64,000 nt of DNA from a virus. The stretch is from IMG/VR virus record IMGVR_UViG_3300044988_000363. One strand, given 5' to 3'. Shown one piece after another: positions 9,547-19,452 of this stretch. The notes under the pieces are model-generated. The model searched no databases. It saw only the letters and a program-made list of their open reading frames with translations, and was not told where the DNA came from. Within the stretch, counting starts at the first letter, position 1. Every line of letters starts with the position of its first letter. The translations under genes were made by a program, and so were the position numbers.

Positions 9547-10406
9547 TATAGAGTCCCCACATCAAGTCTACCAGTTGAACCTAAAGTGCCACCAGTATAT
9601 TCAGTATTAGTAGCGGCGCCTGACTCAGACTGTCCGTGCATTTTCCATGCCTTAGCATAAAGAACCTGCATGCCTTTTTCTTTACCATATTCTTTTACGA
9701 AACGTTCTTTGTTTGACTTAATCCACTTTTCAATCTTTGGATTTGGTGGAGCTACTTCATTAACTACTTCAGTTTCTTCTGCCATTTTCTTGCCAGTAAC
9801 TTTTGCTCTGCCAACTGATGAACCATGTTCGCCGCCTTCAATCTCACGCTTTGATAAACCAGCAGCAAATTTACGTGCACCACCAAACATAGCACCAGTG
9901 CTCTTTAACTGATTATACTGTTTCTTACCTGGCTTTAATTTAGTCACTGGAACGTTTGACGACTTAGCAATATCAGAAAGCTTTTTTGCTGCTTTTCTCT
10001 GAGCATCGTCTTCAATACGTCCTTCTGAAACATGTTTTTTGTCAGTTAACATTTTCTTGCCCTTATATCTTGGCTCTTGATCTGAACCAGTTGGACAAGC
10101 AGACTCACCATGAACTTCGCACATCACACCTTCATTAGTGCGATTACATGCAGCTTCATAAACATCGTCTTTCTGAAACTTATACTTTGTAGTCTTGCTA
10201 CCGCCACCCTTTTTACCCTTGAAGGCAGCTTCTGCATCATATGGATAATCATGAGTTTCAACGTCATGCTTCTTTACAAAAGCAACACCGTCTTTGGCGT
10301 TCCACTGATATAGGTTTTTATCATCAATGTCTGGCGGAGCAACTGAAGTTTTGCTTACTCCGGCGAACTGACCTTTGCCAGTAATATCTCTAAGTTTCTT
10401 CGCCAT
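9546..10406 (-). CDS. Hypothetical basic prohead core/internal protein
   Basis: 286 aa, Lys-rich, Cys/His cluster, between the gp67-like gene and gp21. Confidence 0.7.
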   Translation of the reverse strand: MAKKLRDITGKGQFAGVSKTSVAPPDIDDKNLYQWNAKDGVAFVKKHDVETHDYPYDAEAAFKGKKGGGSKTTKYKFQKDDVYEAACNRTNEGVMCEVHGESACPTGSDQEPRYKGKKMLTDKKHVSEGRIEDDAQRKAAKKLSDIAKSSNVPVTKLKPGKKQYNQLKSTGAMFGGARKFAAGLSKREIEGGEHGSSVGRAKVTGKKMAEETEVVNEVAPPNPKIEKWIKSNKERFVKEYGKEKGMQVLYAKAWKMHGQSESGAATNTEYTGGTLGSTGRLDVGTL

Positions 10407-10635
10407 AATCCTCTTCCTCTGAGTTATCTATGTCTTGATCTTCAGCATCTTCTTCATAATCTGCTTCTGGTTCGTATCCATACATCTGTTGAGCAAATTC
10501 AATTTTCTTATTTTCTATTGCATTAGAAATACGATCAACAATCAAATCATTAAATGCTGCTTCGAAATCTGTTGGTCTCTGCTCTATTGCAGAAATAACT
10601 AAATCATCCAAACCATATTTATTAGCTTCAGTCAT
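10390..10635 (-). CDS. Prohead core protein (gp67-like)
   Basis: Small acidic protein directly after the portal, as for T4 gp67. Confidence 0.55.
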   Translation of the reverse strand: MTEANKYGLDDLVISAIEQRPTDFEAAFNDLIVDRISNAIENKKIEFAQQMYGYEPEADYEEDAEDQDIDNSEEEDYGEET

Positions 10636-10651
10636 TTGTGTTCATCCTCTA

Positions 10652-12454
10652 CTATTGCTGTTGTGCGTTTCTAACAGAACCTCTTTGAACTAAATCTGGG
10701 TTCTTTGCTAGAATTTGAACAGCTGCTTTATATTTTGCTTCGTCTGCCATAGTTCTATTAGCCTTTGGCATCTTTTTCATTTGATCAACTATAACTTCAG
10801 CGTTTCTGACTTCTTGCATTTTTTGAGTTAATTCTGGGTCTTGACCCATAGAACCTTCAACTCCCGGCTGCAACATTTGATCTTGTTGCTGTTGATCTGC
10901 CATTTGTTGTTGCTGAAGCATTTGTTCGTTTTGTAATATAGCTGGATTAACCCATCTATATTCGCCTTGATCTGCTAATTTGGTTTCATTGACAATTTGC
11001 TTATCATTCTTTTCGATATCATCATCTGATTGATGAAGGACATTTTTACGAACCCATTCATGGCTGTAATACTTACCAAGCATATCCTGAATATTTCTTG
11101 CTTGAGTAATTCTACCTTCAAGAATTTCAGCATCTTTTAGTTCTGTAAAGTAATTATCCTTAGCAAAGTCAAAACGAATGTCGTCAACTATTGCATTCCA
11201 ATCATCAATAGTTGTAACACCCTTGAGGATTAGCTGCTTCTTTAACATTTCAAGGAATAGATTTGAGAACCTTCCTCTTAAACGAATACAGAAACGATTA
11301 AACTTTAGTTCGTCTCTTGTAATTTCTGTTGCTCTACCAACTGAGAATAGAGCATCTGAATTAAGTCTTGACACCGGAACATTAAGCGCCTGTAAAAACT
11401 TCTTTTGGAAGTATAGGACGTCGTCCATCTGTCCCAGTGTCTGGCCACCTGGTAGGGTAGTAACCTCCGTACCTCTACCACCTTCACGGCGTGGTAGCCA
11501 ATAGTCTTCAAGCATCGTCATGAACTTACGATCGTCACGAATATCACCAGTCTGTGCGTCGTAAATTAGACGGTTCTTATGCTTAACCATAATGTCACGA
11601 ACATACTGCTCTGCCTTCATCTTAGGAAGATTACCAACGTCAATATACCAAATACGACGTTCTGGTGCACGAGCAAGACGGTAAATAACTAGAGCGTCTT
11701 CCAATGTTCTTAACTGATTAAGCGGCTTGATTGCTTTATGTAGATAAGATAAAACCATTGTGCCTTGATTGTCAGTAAGACCAGACACAACGTGTAAAAT
11801 AGAATCCTTAGCAATTTTTAGTCCTGTTGTTGATGGACCAACTGCTTTATTTCCGAAGTTGAAACCTTTGTCATTGAAAATGAAATATTCATTAACTGTC
11901 TTAGTTACAACTGCATCGCCTGGATTATTGGCTTGAATCTTTTTCTTTTGGACCTCACGGACTTTACGAATCTTACGTGGATCAACGTATCTTACTTCTT
12001 TGATACCTGCTGCTGGATTTTTATCATCAATAATAACATGATAATATAAACGACCATCAATATACCAGCGTCTATAAATTTCATAAGCATATTTGTTAAA
12101 CCCTAAAAGGTTTAGACAATATTGAAATTCGTCACGAATAATCTTTTTAATATTTTCATTAACATTTAACTGCTCAAGATTAATTTGAACAATATGTTCT
12201 TCGTCAATTGAAATAGATTCATTAACAATTTCGTCAACAGCGGCATCACATTCTGGTTGTAATGACATCTCACGATATTTTGTTACTAACTCTGCTTCAG
12301 ATCTAACAGTGCCATCGAGATCAACATAAGTGCCAAAAGCACCACCTGCTGATACGACTACTGCACCATCATCTGAGTCCTTTGGAGGAGCAAATGATGG
12401 TAACTCTATGTCTGGACGTTTTTTTCTGAGTTCGAAGCCGAATAATTCTGCCAA
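10652..12454 (-). CDS. gp20: Portal vertex protein
   Basis: WYIDGR, YRLARAPERRIWYIDVGNLPK, EDYWLPRREGGRGTE; TTG start; Gln-rich C-terminal extension. Confidence 0.97.
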   Translation of the reverse strand: MAELFGFELRKKRPDIELPSFAPPKDSDDGAVVVSAGGAFGTYVDLDGTVRSEAELVTKYREMSLQPECDAAVDEIVNESISIDEEHIVQINLEQLNVNENIKKIIRDEFQYCLNLLGFNKYAYEIYRRWYIDGRLYYHVIIDDKNPAAGIKEVRYVDPRKIRKVREVQKKKIQANNPGDAVVTKTVNEYFIFNDKGFNFGNKAVGPSTTGLKIAKDSILHVVSGLTDNQGTMVLSYLHKAIKPLNQLRTLEDALVIYRLARAPERRIWYIDVGNLPKMKAEQYVRDIMVKHKNRLIYDAQTGDIRDDRKFMTMLEDYWLPRREGGRGTEVTTLPGGQTLGQMDDVLYFQKKFLQALNVPVSRLNSDALFSVGRATEITRDELKFNRFCIRLRGRFSNLFLEMLKKQLILKGVTTIDDWNAIVDDIRFDFAKDNYFTELKDAEILEGRITQARNIQDMLGKYYSHEWVRKNVLHQSDDDIEKNDKQIVNETKLADQGEYRWVNPAILQNEQMLQQQQMADQQQQDQMLQPGVEGSMGQDPELTQKMQEVRNAEVIVDQMKKMPKANRTMADEAKYKAAVQILAKNPDLVQRGSVRNAQQQ

Positions 12455-12508
12455 ATTTTTTCTCCAAGTATTGAGGGGAGATTAACTCCCCTCTTCAATA
12501 ATATAAAG

Positions 12509-12516
12509 TATTTATT
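12509..12516 (-). promoter_or_regulatory. Late promoter variant
   Basis: AATAAATA upstream of gp20. Confidence 0.55.
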
Positions 12517-13129
12517 ATAGTACCGATTGAGGCCCAACTTCAGTTTCAGCAAGATAAGTAGTAACCTTACCTGATGTTTTAACTGAAGCGTCTTCAACTG
12601 TTGGAATCCAATAATCATAAGCAAAGTTTACAGTAAACTCTTCAATATTATTACCAGAATCCCAACCTAGACCAATACCACTTAGCTGTGTTGGGAAAGC
12701 GCCCCAGAGCTGATATTCACGAAGGACATCGCCATCCTTACTATATTGTGTTACGTCAATTAGTGTTTTATACTGTTCGGCAGAAGCAGTTGGAACACGA
12801 ACGTTTGAAATTACAGTATTAATACCGTTTAGCCAAGCTTCGAACATTGAACGAACAGAGAAATCTTCATCGTTCATGACTGTTACTGACCAATCAGCAT
12901 AAGTTCTTTCTCCAGCAACTTTAATCTTACGACCGAAATAAGGAATTTCGATGTTAGAAACAGTTGATTCAGGTAGTTCGGCTGCACGACATGTGAAAAC
13001 GAACTTTCTGAAGGCTTCCGGATTTAACGGAATGCCAACTGGAGGAGCAACATTAATTTGGAAGAGGGAGGGTCTAGCTCCACCATAAACTAGACCCTGT
13101 GCCTTAAATTGATTAATATTGAAAGCCAT
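12515..13129 (-). CDS. gp19: Tail tube protein
   Basis: GGARPSLF, GRKIKVAGERTYADW, IEEFTVNFAYDYW. Confidence 0.95.
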   Translation of the reverse strand: MAFNINQFKAQGLVYGGARPSLFQINVAPPVGIPLNPEAFRKFVFTCRAAELPESTVSNIEIPYFGRKIKVAGERTYADWSVTVMNDEDFSVRSMFEAWLNGINTVISNVRVPTASAEQYKTLIDVTQYSKDGDVLREYQLWGAFPTQLSGIGLGWDSGNNIEEFTVNFAYDYWIPTVEDASVKTSGKVTTYLAETEVGPQSVL

Positions 13130-13155
13130 CTATTTTACTCCTTTGAGATTTTATC

Positions 13156-13163
13156 TATTTATT
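13156..13163 (-). promoter_or_regulatory. Late promoter variant
   Basis: AATAAATA upstream of gp19. Confidence 0.55.
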
Positions 13164-15759
13164 AAAACTTTCCGATAACTTCAGTAAACTGCACTCCAGT
13201 TGGAACAGCAATAAAGTTAAGCTGGATGAAGTTAATGCTTCTCGCAGGTTTAATATAGATATCACCGACAAACTGATTGCTGTCGATAATTTGTGGCGTA
13301 TTATTTGTATCGTCACAAACAACGTAGAAGTCAGTAATACCACGTCTACCCTGAATATTGCGTAGGTATGGTGTTACTAGGTTCTTGAACTGCGCTCTAG
13401 TAAATGCGTCATTGAACTCGAATAGTGAATATTTAGCTGAAATAGCAATTGCCTTTTCAAGAACAATGAATAGTCTACGAACATTGATACGATCAAACGC
13501 AGATGGCTTAGACTGTAGAGTCTTATCGCCATACAAGATAGTTCCTTGGCCTGGGAAAGTTACAACTGGATTTATGTTCTTAACATAAAGAGTGTCTCTT
13601 TCTGCCTTGCGTGGATTAAATGCTAGTTTAACTAGGTTCTTAATCTGACCACGGTTGAAACCTGCAGGTGAGAACCAAACTTCTCTTGAAGCGTCGGATC
13701 TTACACACAATCCAGCAATATCACCATTTAGAGGAATCCAACGATAAACGTCGTTATAACGGTCATACTGATACTTGTAACCGGAATCAAGAATTGCGTA
13801 TGAAGAATCATGAATTACATTTCTCCAAGCAACAAGATCTGCAGCCTCATTACCTGTGTTGTTTACTACAGTTCTCTTATCAGGCGAGATAAGAGCGACA
13901 CAGTCTCTTCTGATATCGCAAATATTATCGATAATATAATTTGCTAATTCATGATTATAAACAGTTACTTCGTTACCATCTTCGTCTTCAGAAATAGTCA
14001 TTCCACCAGTTGGACGACCTTGAAGAACAAGAGAAATATCGATATCTTCAGGTGAAACGAATAGATCGTATGCTTCACCAAGAATATCAATAGTGGCGTT
14101 TTCTTCAGAAAGACCATCAGCGCCCAGTGAGAACTGAACACTTGCAGGTCTTGAAGAAGTTGAAGAAGTTAGATTTATAGCATTATTAGAACGAGCAGTT
14201 GCTCTATCGTTTGCCCACCAAATATACTGAGAACCTTCGTTGACAACTGTCTTGTAATAATTTACAGAGTTATCTTCGTTCTTAGCGTCTGTGGCTCTTG
14301 AAAGTTTCTGATGAACTTCTAGGATTTGACCAGGAACGCCAGTAAAGGCACCGTTATTATCAACTACAACGACATGAAGTTCATCGTTTGCTGATGTGTT
14401 ACCGTTAAAAAGCTGCCATTCTGACTGTCCAGGAGCTCCATCAACTACGTCAAAGAATTCCCAAAATCTTTGAATTTTATTGAAAGTATAGTTTGAACGT
14501 AGTCTATAAGGATCCTCAAACCCAATATTCAATGTAGAAGTATTGGCAAGGAACTTACTGTTTGCTCCATTAGTCTGAACAAGATTTACTCTGTTTCCAA
14601 ATGGTGTTGTTGATAGTCTGAATGATGTGTTATTGGCTTCAATTACATAGTAAGTTGTACCATTAGTAAGACCAGCAATTACAGCATCGCCAGCGTTGTT
14701 AGAATAAACAACGGCATCACCATTAGAGAACGGATTTTTAGTAACTGTGATAAAATCAGTACTTGTATTAACGTTATTATTTCCGCTAATTGAAACGTTG
14801 GCTGTTACATTTGTTGTAACAGAAGTTCTCTTAACTTGAAGGTACTGATAACCAATAGTGCTATTACCAGCCAAAATTCTATCGCCAGCAGCTATCTGAC
14901 TCTGAACTGTAGTAATAGATGCATTAGTAGAAGTATTACCAACGAATTTAACGAGACCTGTATTTGAACCTATTCTAAATTCAATACGATTAGTCAATGC
15001 AATATTTGCTTGATAGCTGTTTGCATTATCGCAGATAGCAACTCTCAAAGAGTTACCCATCAAACCTGGATACTTTGCTACGTAAATAACGTCGGCATCA
15101 AAATTGCCATCGATATCAGTATAAACATTACGATTTTTTACAATCTGATTTACTAGATTAGCTACGAACGGAGTTCCTGTAGAATCATCAAAGCCGACAG
15201 CTGTATAAGCAGTATCTGGACGACCAAAATAGATATCTGCATTAGCTGTGCCAGTTATTGAACCAGTAGTTGTAGTGAATATATTCTGGTTAAGAACAAT
15301 AGCTGTTGTGTTAATAGCAGCAATAGAAAATGCATTTGAGGCTGCAATTATGCTTGAATTAGTTGTCTGGTTGATATACATACCAACGGTTAGACCCAAA
15401 TTAGCAACATTTGCTCCAGTTCCACTAGTCAAGATGTTATTTGAAACTGATGAATTTGCTGCAAGAACAAAGGTTAGAGGGCCAGGAGTAGCTCCATCTA
15501 CTTTTGCTGCTCTAGAAACATAAAGACGATTTGAATATGCCAAAAAGTTTGCAGCTGTAAACCAAGTTTCAGCGTTGAAATTAGTTGGCTTGGCGAATCT
15601 TCTTACAAGATCGTCTTCTGTTGAGATGAGAACACGTTCACCTATTGGACCCCAACGGAATACGCCAGCAAAGGCACCGTCAGATGTGGCTACTGAAGGA
15701 ACAACGGTTGTAAGATCGATTTCTGATACATTTACACCAGGTGATAGTTGGAAAGCCAT
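13162..15759 (-). CDS. gp18: Tail sheath protein with inserted domains
   Basis: LSPGVNVSEIDLT, WFSPAGFNRG, FDRINVRRLF, KPARSINFIQLNF; 865 aa. Confidence 0.97.
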   Translation of the reverse strand: MAFQLSPGVNVSEIDLTTVVPSVATSDGAFAGVFRWGPIGERVLISTEDDLVRRFAKPTNFNAETWFTAANFLAYSNRLYVSRAAKVDGATPGPLTFVLAANSSVSNNILTSGTGANVANLGLTVGMYINQTTNSSIIAASNAFSIAAINTTAIVLNQNIFTTTTGSITGTANADIYFGRPDTAYTAVGFDDSTGTPFVANLVNQIVKNRNVYTDIDGNFDADVIYVAKYPGLMGNSLRVAICDNANSYQANIALTNRIEFRIGSNTGLVKFVGNTSTNASITTVQSQIAAGDRILAGNSTIGYQYLQVKRTSVTTNVTANVSISGNNNVNTSTDFITVTKNPFSNGDAVVYSNNAGDAVIAGLTNGTTYYVIEANNTSFRLSTTPFGNRVNLVQTNGANSKFLANTSTLNIGFEDPYRLRSNYTFNKIQRFWEFFDVVDGAPGQSEWQLFNGNTSANDELHVVVVDNNGAFTGVPGQILEVHQKLSRATDAKNEDNSVNYYKTVVNEGSQYIWWANDRATARSNNAINLTSSTSSRPASVQFSLGADGLSEENATIDILGEAYDLFVSPEDIDISLVLQGRPTGGMTISEDEDGNEVTVYNHELANYIIDNICDIRRDCVALISPDKRTVVNNTGNEAADLVAWRNVIHDSSYAILDSGYKYQYDRYNDVYRWIPLNGDIAGLCVRSDASREVWFSPAGFNRGQIKNLVKLAFNPRKAERDTLYVKNINPVVTFPGQGTILYGDKTLQSKPSAFDRINVRRLFIVLEKAIAISAKYSLFEFNDAFTRAQFKNLVTPYLRNIQGRRGITDFYVVCDDTNNTPQIIDSNQFVGDIYIKPARSINFIQLNFIAVPTGVQFTEVIGKF

Positions 15760-15804
15760 TTATTTTTCTCCCTTTTGCGAGAACTTGCAATTATGAATTT
15801 TTTA

Positions 15805-15812
15805 TATTTATA
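15805..15812 (-). promoter_or_regulatory. T4-type late promoter
   Basis: TATAAATA upstream of gp18. Confidence 0.8.
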
Positions 15813-15824
15813 AAATGGGCTTTT

Positions 15825-17465
15825 TTAGAAGTCCTGAGGTTGGTTCCACATCCAAGAATCACCGACAAATCTTTCATAATCTTCTTCAATAAAATCGTCC
15901 CTTCCAGAGTCCACAAACCCAAAAGGAGCCAAATCTTGCTCCATATCTTCTTCGGTTTTGTCCCTTAGTGACATAAGAGTGTTGATATTAGTATAGTCTT
16001 TAAAATATTGCTGGTCCGAGAGCCAAGCAAACAGAACCAGACACATAACCAAGTCATCGTGTTTACCGGACTCTGCTTCGTACGAAGTTCCTTTTTTAGA
16101 AAAGGTGCCTAATTCACTGATGGTGTTTACGTCGTTTACTATCAACTGGTTTTGCTCAATCAGTAGTTTTAGGATAGAACACCCAATAGATTTTACAATT
16201 TTGGTAGTTCTAATGCCCTTGTCAACGCTGCCGCCTCCAAACCCAGTAGTTATTCTTTTGCCGGACCTACCAGCGTTTTCGGTAAACAGAACATTCTCAT
16301 ACCCAAAATCATAGTTGAGAGAAGTTGAGACTTGTTCACCTATGTCATTAACCTCAACAAGAACTGAAGCATTATTATACGCCTTAGCGGTTCGGTGGAT
16401 AATGTCGGCATAATCTAGCGGGGTGATAGCATTATTCCTATAAACGCCCACTTGTTGATAAGGCATAGAAGTAACATCTATCAACTGAAAGGCTGAATAG
16501 TCCAATCCTTTACCACGAGAAACGTCACAAACCATCATATAAACATGATTAGGTTCTACTGCTCTGAACTGAGTTAGACCATCTTTTTGTAAGATTGGAT
16601 TCTGAGAAACTAATTCCTTGAGCTTCCAACCAGCAATTAGAGTTCCGGATGAACCTAGGAATTCGCAGTTATACTCCTGATCAAACTTTTCAAGATCAAA
16701 GTTCATACCCGCTAAAGTGTCAGCTTTCCACTTCTCATCTCTACCAGGAACTGCTTGCCAATTGACTAGAATTGGATGATATCCGTTAGTCCCCTTTTCA
16801 GCGTTCGCCCAAGTAGCATGGAAGTGGTTCAAACCGTTCGGAGTAGAAACTAGAATGATCTTGGATTCTGAACCTGATGAAATAGTAGGATAAACTGAGG
16901 TGAAGAATTCGTCCCAGTTATCAATGAACGCCGCTTCGTCGATGAATAGAAGGTTGATGGTATAACCACGGATGGCGCTGGCAGAAGTGGCAGCAGCCAA
17001 AACACGACTGTTATTTTCAAGAACGAATGAACCTTTATTCCATTCAACAACGCCCTGCTGGAGCCATTTAGGTAAGTGCTGGTAAGCCAACTGAACACGA
17101 CCAAGAATTTCTCGAGCCGTATCGCCCTTGTTGGCTAGTAGGGCTACGGTCTTATCAGGGTGAAAAATAATATACCAAAGGATGAAGGCGCAGGTAGTTG
17201 TTGACTTACCTGCCTGTCGAGCAGTAGTAACAATAGTGTAACGGTTGTCTTTAAATGAAGTCACCATTTCTTTCTGGTAACCATACAACTTGAAACTTGT
17301 AAGACCCTCGTTAATCGAGATAATCTTCATATAATTTTCAGTAAAATAAACAGGATCGTTCTGACATTTTACATACTCCTGAACAAGGTCCGGAGTCCAT
17401 TCAATGTTCTGATTAGTTTTCTTTAGAAGAACATTACCCTTATAACCACCCACCAACTCATTCAT
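15825..17465 (-). CDS. gp17: Terminase large subunit
   Basis: ARQAGKST Walker A, FIDEAAF Walker B, STPNG, DVSRG, HDDLVM. Confidence 0.97.
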   Translation of the reverse strand: MNELVGGYKGNVLLKKTNQNIEWTPDLVQEYVKCQNDPVYFTENYMKIISINEGLTSFKLYGYQKEMVTSFKDNRYTIVTTARQAGKSTTTCAFILWYIIFHPDKTVALLANKGDTAREILGRVQLAYQHLPKWLQQGVVEWNKGSFVLENNSRVLAAATSASAIRGYTINLLFIDEAAFIDNWDEFFTSVYPTISSGSESKIILVSTPNGLNHFHATWANAEKGTNGYHPILVNWQAVPGRDEKWKADTLAGMNFDLEKFDQEYNCEFLGSSGTLIAGWKLKELVSQNPILQKDGLTQFRAVEPNHVYMMVCDVSRGKGLDYSAFQLIDVTSMPYQQVGVYRNNAITPLDYADIIHRTAKAYNNASVLVEVNDIGEQVSTSLNYDFGYENVLFTENAGRSGKRITTGFGGGSVDKGIRTTKIVKSIGCSILKLLIEQNQLIVNDVNTISELGTFSKKGTSYEAESGKHDDLVMCLVLFAWLSDQQYFKDYTNINTLMSLRDKTEEDMEQDLAPFGFVDSGRDDFIEEDYERFVGDSWMWNQPQDF

Positions 17466-17874
17466 TGTTCTTCATATCCTTGAGAACTTTTTGTAACTCG
17501 GCAGTTGAACCCACAAATAAGTTGTTATTAATAGTCTGAGCTTTTTCGTTTATAGGACTATCTTTGGCGTCAATATCTCTAATTTTAGTTTGAAGATCTA
17601 ACAGTTCTTTATTAGTGTTGACCACTGTATCCATAAGTTTGGCCAAGACTTCGAATGCACGTGGATGCTGAGAAGCTGCTGCGATCTCAGTTAATTTACC
17701 AATGGCTTCTTGACCTGTTTGAATTACTTCATACAAATTAGCTCTTGCAGCTTCAAAATCATTCCTAGCAGAATCATCATGAGCTTTAGCAATTATATTG
17801 TCTATTTGTTTTTCATATTCTAATGGCGGCAGACCTAATGCCTTGCCAATAGGATCATCATCTTTTTCTGTCAT
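17458..17874 (-). CDS. gp16: Terminase small subunit
   Basis: HPRAFEV, NNNLFVGSTAELQK; upstream of gp17. Confidence 0.92.
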   Translation of the reverse strand: MTEKDDDPIGKALGLPPLEYEKQIDNIIAKAHDDSARNDFEAARANLYEVIQTGQEAIGKLTEIAAASQHPRAFEVLAKLMDTVVNTNKELLDLQTKIRDIDAKDSPINEKAQTINNNLFVGSTAELQKVLKDMKNNE

Positions 17875-18728
17875 TCAATCTCATCAGTGTTGTAAATTTG
17901 AGTAATAAACCCATAATCATCGTCAGCGTCAATTTCTGTATATGGCAAAGTGCCAGTATTTGCATTTGGTTTTCCGGTGTATGTAATTGGATCACCATTT
18001 GCGTTCAAACCTGGCTGAATAGTAACCTTTTCAATCATTGGGGTTACGCCTCTACCTTCAGCAGCAGTATTTGTAGAAGGTATATAAAACTGAGTTCTAA
18101 TAAACTTAATAATACCAGAAGATTTAATCGGACCATAGATATAACCCTTGAGGGTGAAATCTAGTTCCCAAATAATAGCTCTTCTTTCAACATATGCGCC
18201 ATCGTATTTATCAATCTGATTGATGTTGTTCAGAACAATAGGAATATCCATTGTTACATTTACTTCAGGAATAAGATTAACTGTAGTTGTCCAGTCTGGA
18301 GTAAAATACGGAAGAATTTGTTCTATAATTTTAGTTCCATCTTCAGCATTTTTTACATAGATATATGCTTTAAAATTTATATTGTACGGTACTGGATTAT
18401 ATTGATATTTAAACTTACTAATGTCATCAGCGTCTTTAACAGCTATTCTTCCGATAGTGTTTAACTTTCTAGATCCATCATATTCCATTTTACCCATCTC
18501 AAACGAAATCATAGGCATAGCAGGAACAGCATTAGTTTTATCTAATGTAGGATCTTGAAGAACACGAGCAAGCATTTTATCTTTTGCTGCGTATGTAATT
18601 GGCACTTTTAACAGAGCAGTGACGTTACCTGATGCATCTGTTCTTGTAATGCGAATATCGTTCAACAATGTGCCCATAAGAATTACGTATTTTCTAATGA
18701 GGCTGAAATAAAATGGTTTGCCAAACAT
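17871..18728 (-). CDS. gp15: Tail sheath stabilizer/completion protein
   Basis: KVPITYA, PVPYN, IIEQILPYFTP. Confidence 0.92.
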   Translation of the reverse strand: MFGKPFYFSLIRKYVILMGTLLNDIRITRTDASGNVTALLKVPITYAAKDKMLARVLQDPTLDKTNAVPAMPMISFEMGKMEYDGSRKLNTIGRIAVKDADDISKFKYQYNPVPYNINFKAYIYVKNAEDGTKIIEQILPYFTPDWTTTVNLIPEVNVTMDIPIVLNNINQIDKYDGAYVERRAIIWELDFTLKGYIYGPIKSSGIIKFIRTQFYIPSTNTAAEGRGVTPMIEKVTIQPGLNANGDPITYTGKPNANTGTLPYTEIDADDDYGFITQIYNTDEIE

Positions 18729-19450
18729 TAGATATTTCCTTCACTGAATGGGTCTATAGAGGAGAAATCAATAAATTGATCGGACTCTGCCTGTATTTCC
18801 ATACTATCATCCGCTGTGACATTGCCTGCAGCTGCATTTTCAAGAATAAGGTAATCACCATCTTCAGTCAATATTGGGCCATTGTCAGAATCATCATCAA
18901 TTGTCCAATCAAGAATATTTTGACTGTTCTGTTTTTCTAAAGCATCGATTTCAGGTATACCTGTATTGAATCTTTCACCAGAATATTCGAACACTTCACA
19001 AGTCATTTCCCATGTTTGTAAAGCGCCCAGTTGATAAAACATTTCATACTTATTCACGAAACGAATAACAAACGCTCTTTGATTTAATGGAAACCAAATA
19101 ACATCGCCTTCGTTTGGTCTTACTTGAGTAGTAAACTCACCAATTTCTTCATTAAATATTCTACGAGCAATAGAAAATACAACTTGATTGCGTATTTCGA
19201 CACCAAATTTTGATAGGAATTCTCCGTCGCCAGAGAACCCATCAATTGATTTGATATACATTTCTACAGGATACGCAGCTTCGTAACTTGACGAATCGTC
19301 TGCGCCATAAACTTCATCATAATTATTCAGAGTTCTAGGAAGATAATACATGTCCTGGCCATAGATCTTAATAGATTCTATGATTAGATTTTCAAGTAAC
19401 AGCTGTTCCTGAGAAGCCTGAAAATTATTGAAAAAGAAATTAGTGGCCAT
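18728..19450 (-). CDS. gp14: Neck protein
   Basis: ESIKIYG, SKFGVEIR, PNEGD, FYQLG, DPFSE. Confidence 0.92.
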   Translation of the reverse strand: MATNFFFNNFQASQEQLLLENLIIESIKIYGQDMYYLPRTLNNYDEVYGADDSSSYEAAYPVEMYIKSIDGFSGDGEFLSKFGVEIRNQVVFSIARRIFNEEIGEFTTQVRPNEGDVIWFPLNQRAFVIRFVNKYEMFYQLGALQTWEMTCEVFEYSGERFNTGIPEIDALEKQNSQNILDWTIDDDSDNGPILTEDGDYLILENAAAGNVTADDSMEIQAESDQFIDFSSIDPFSEGNI

Positions 19451-19452
19451 AA

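Noticed and set aside
15775-15790. Hairpin in the gp18 leader
   Set aside because: Short stem with a mismatch on the coding strand and a 2-nt loop; not convincing
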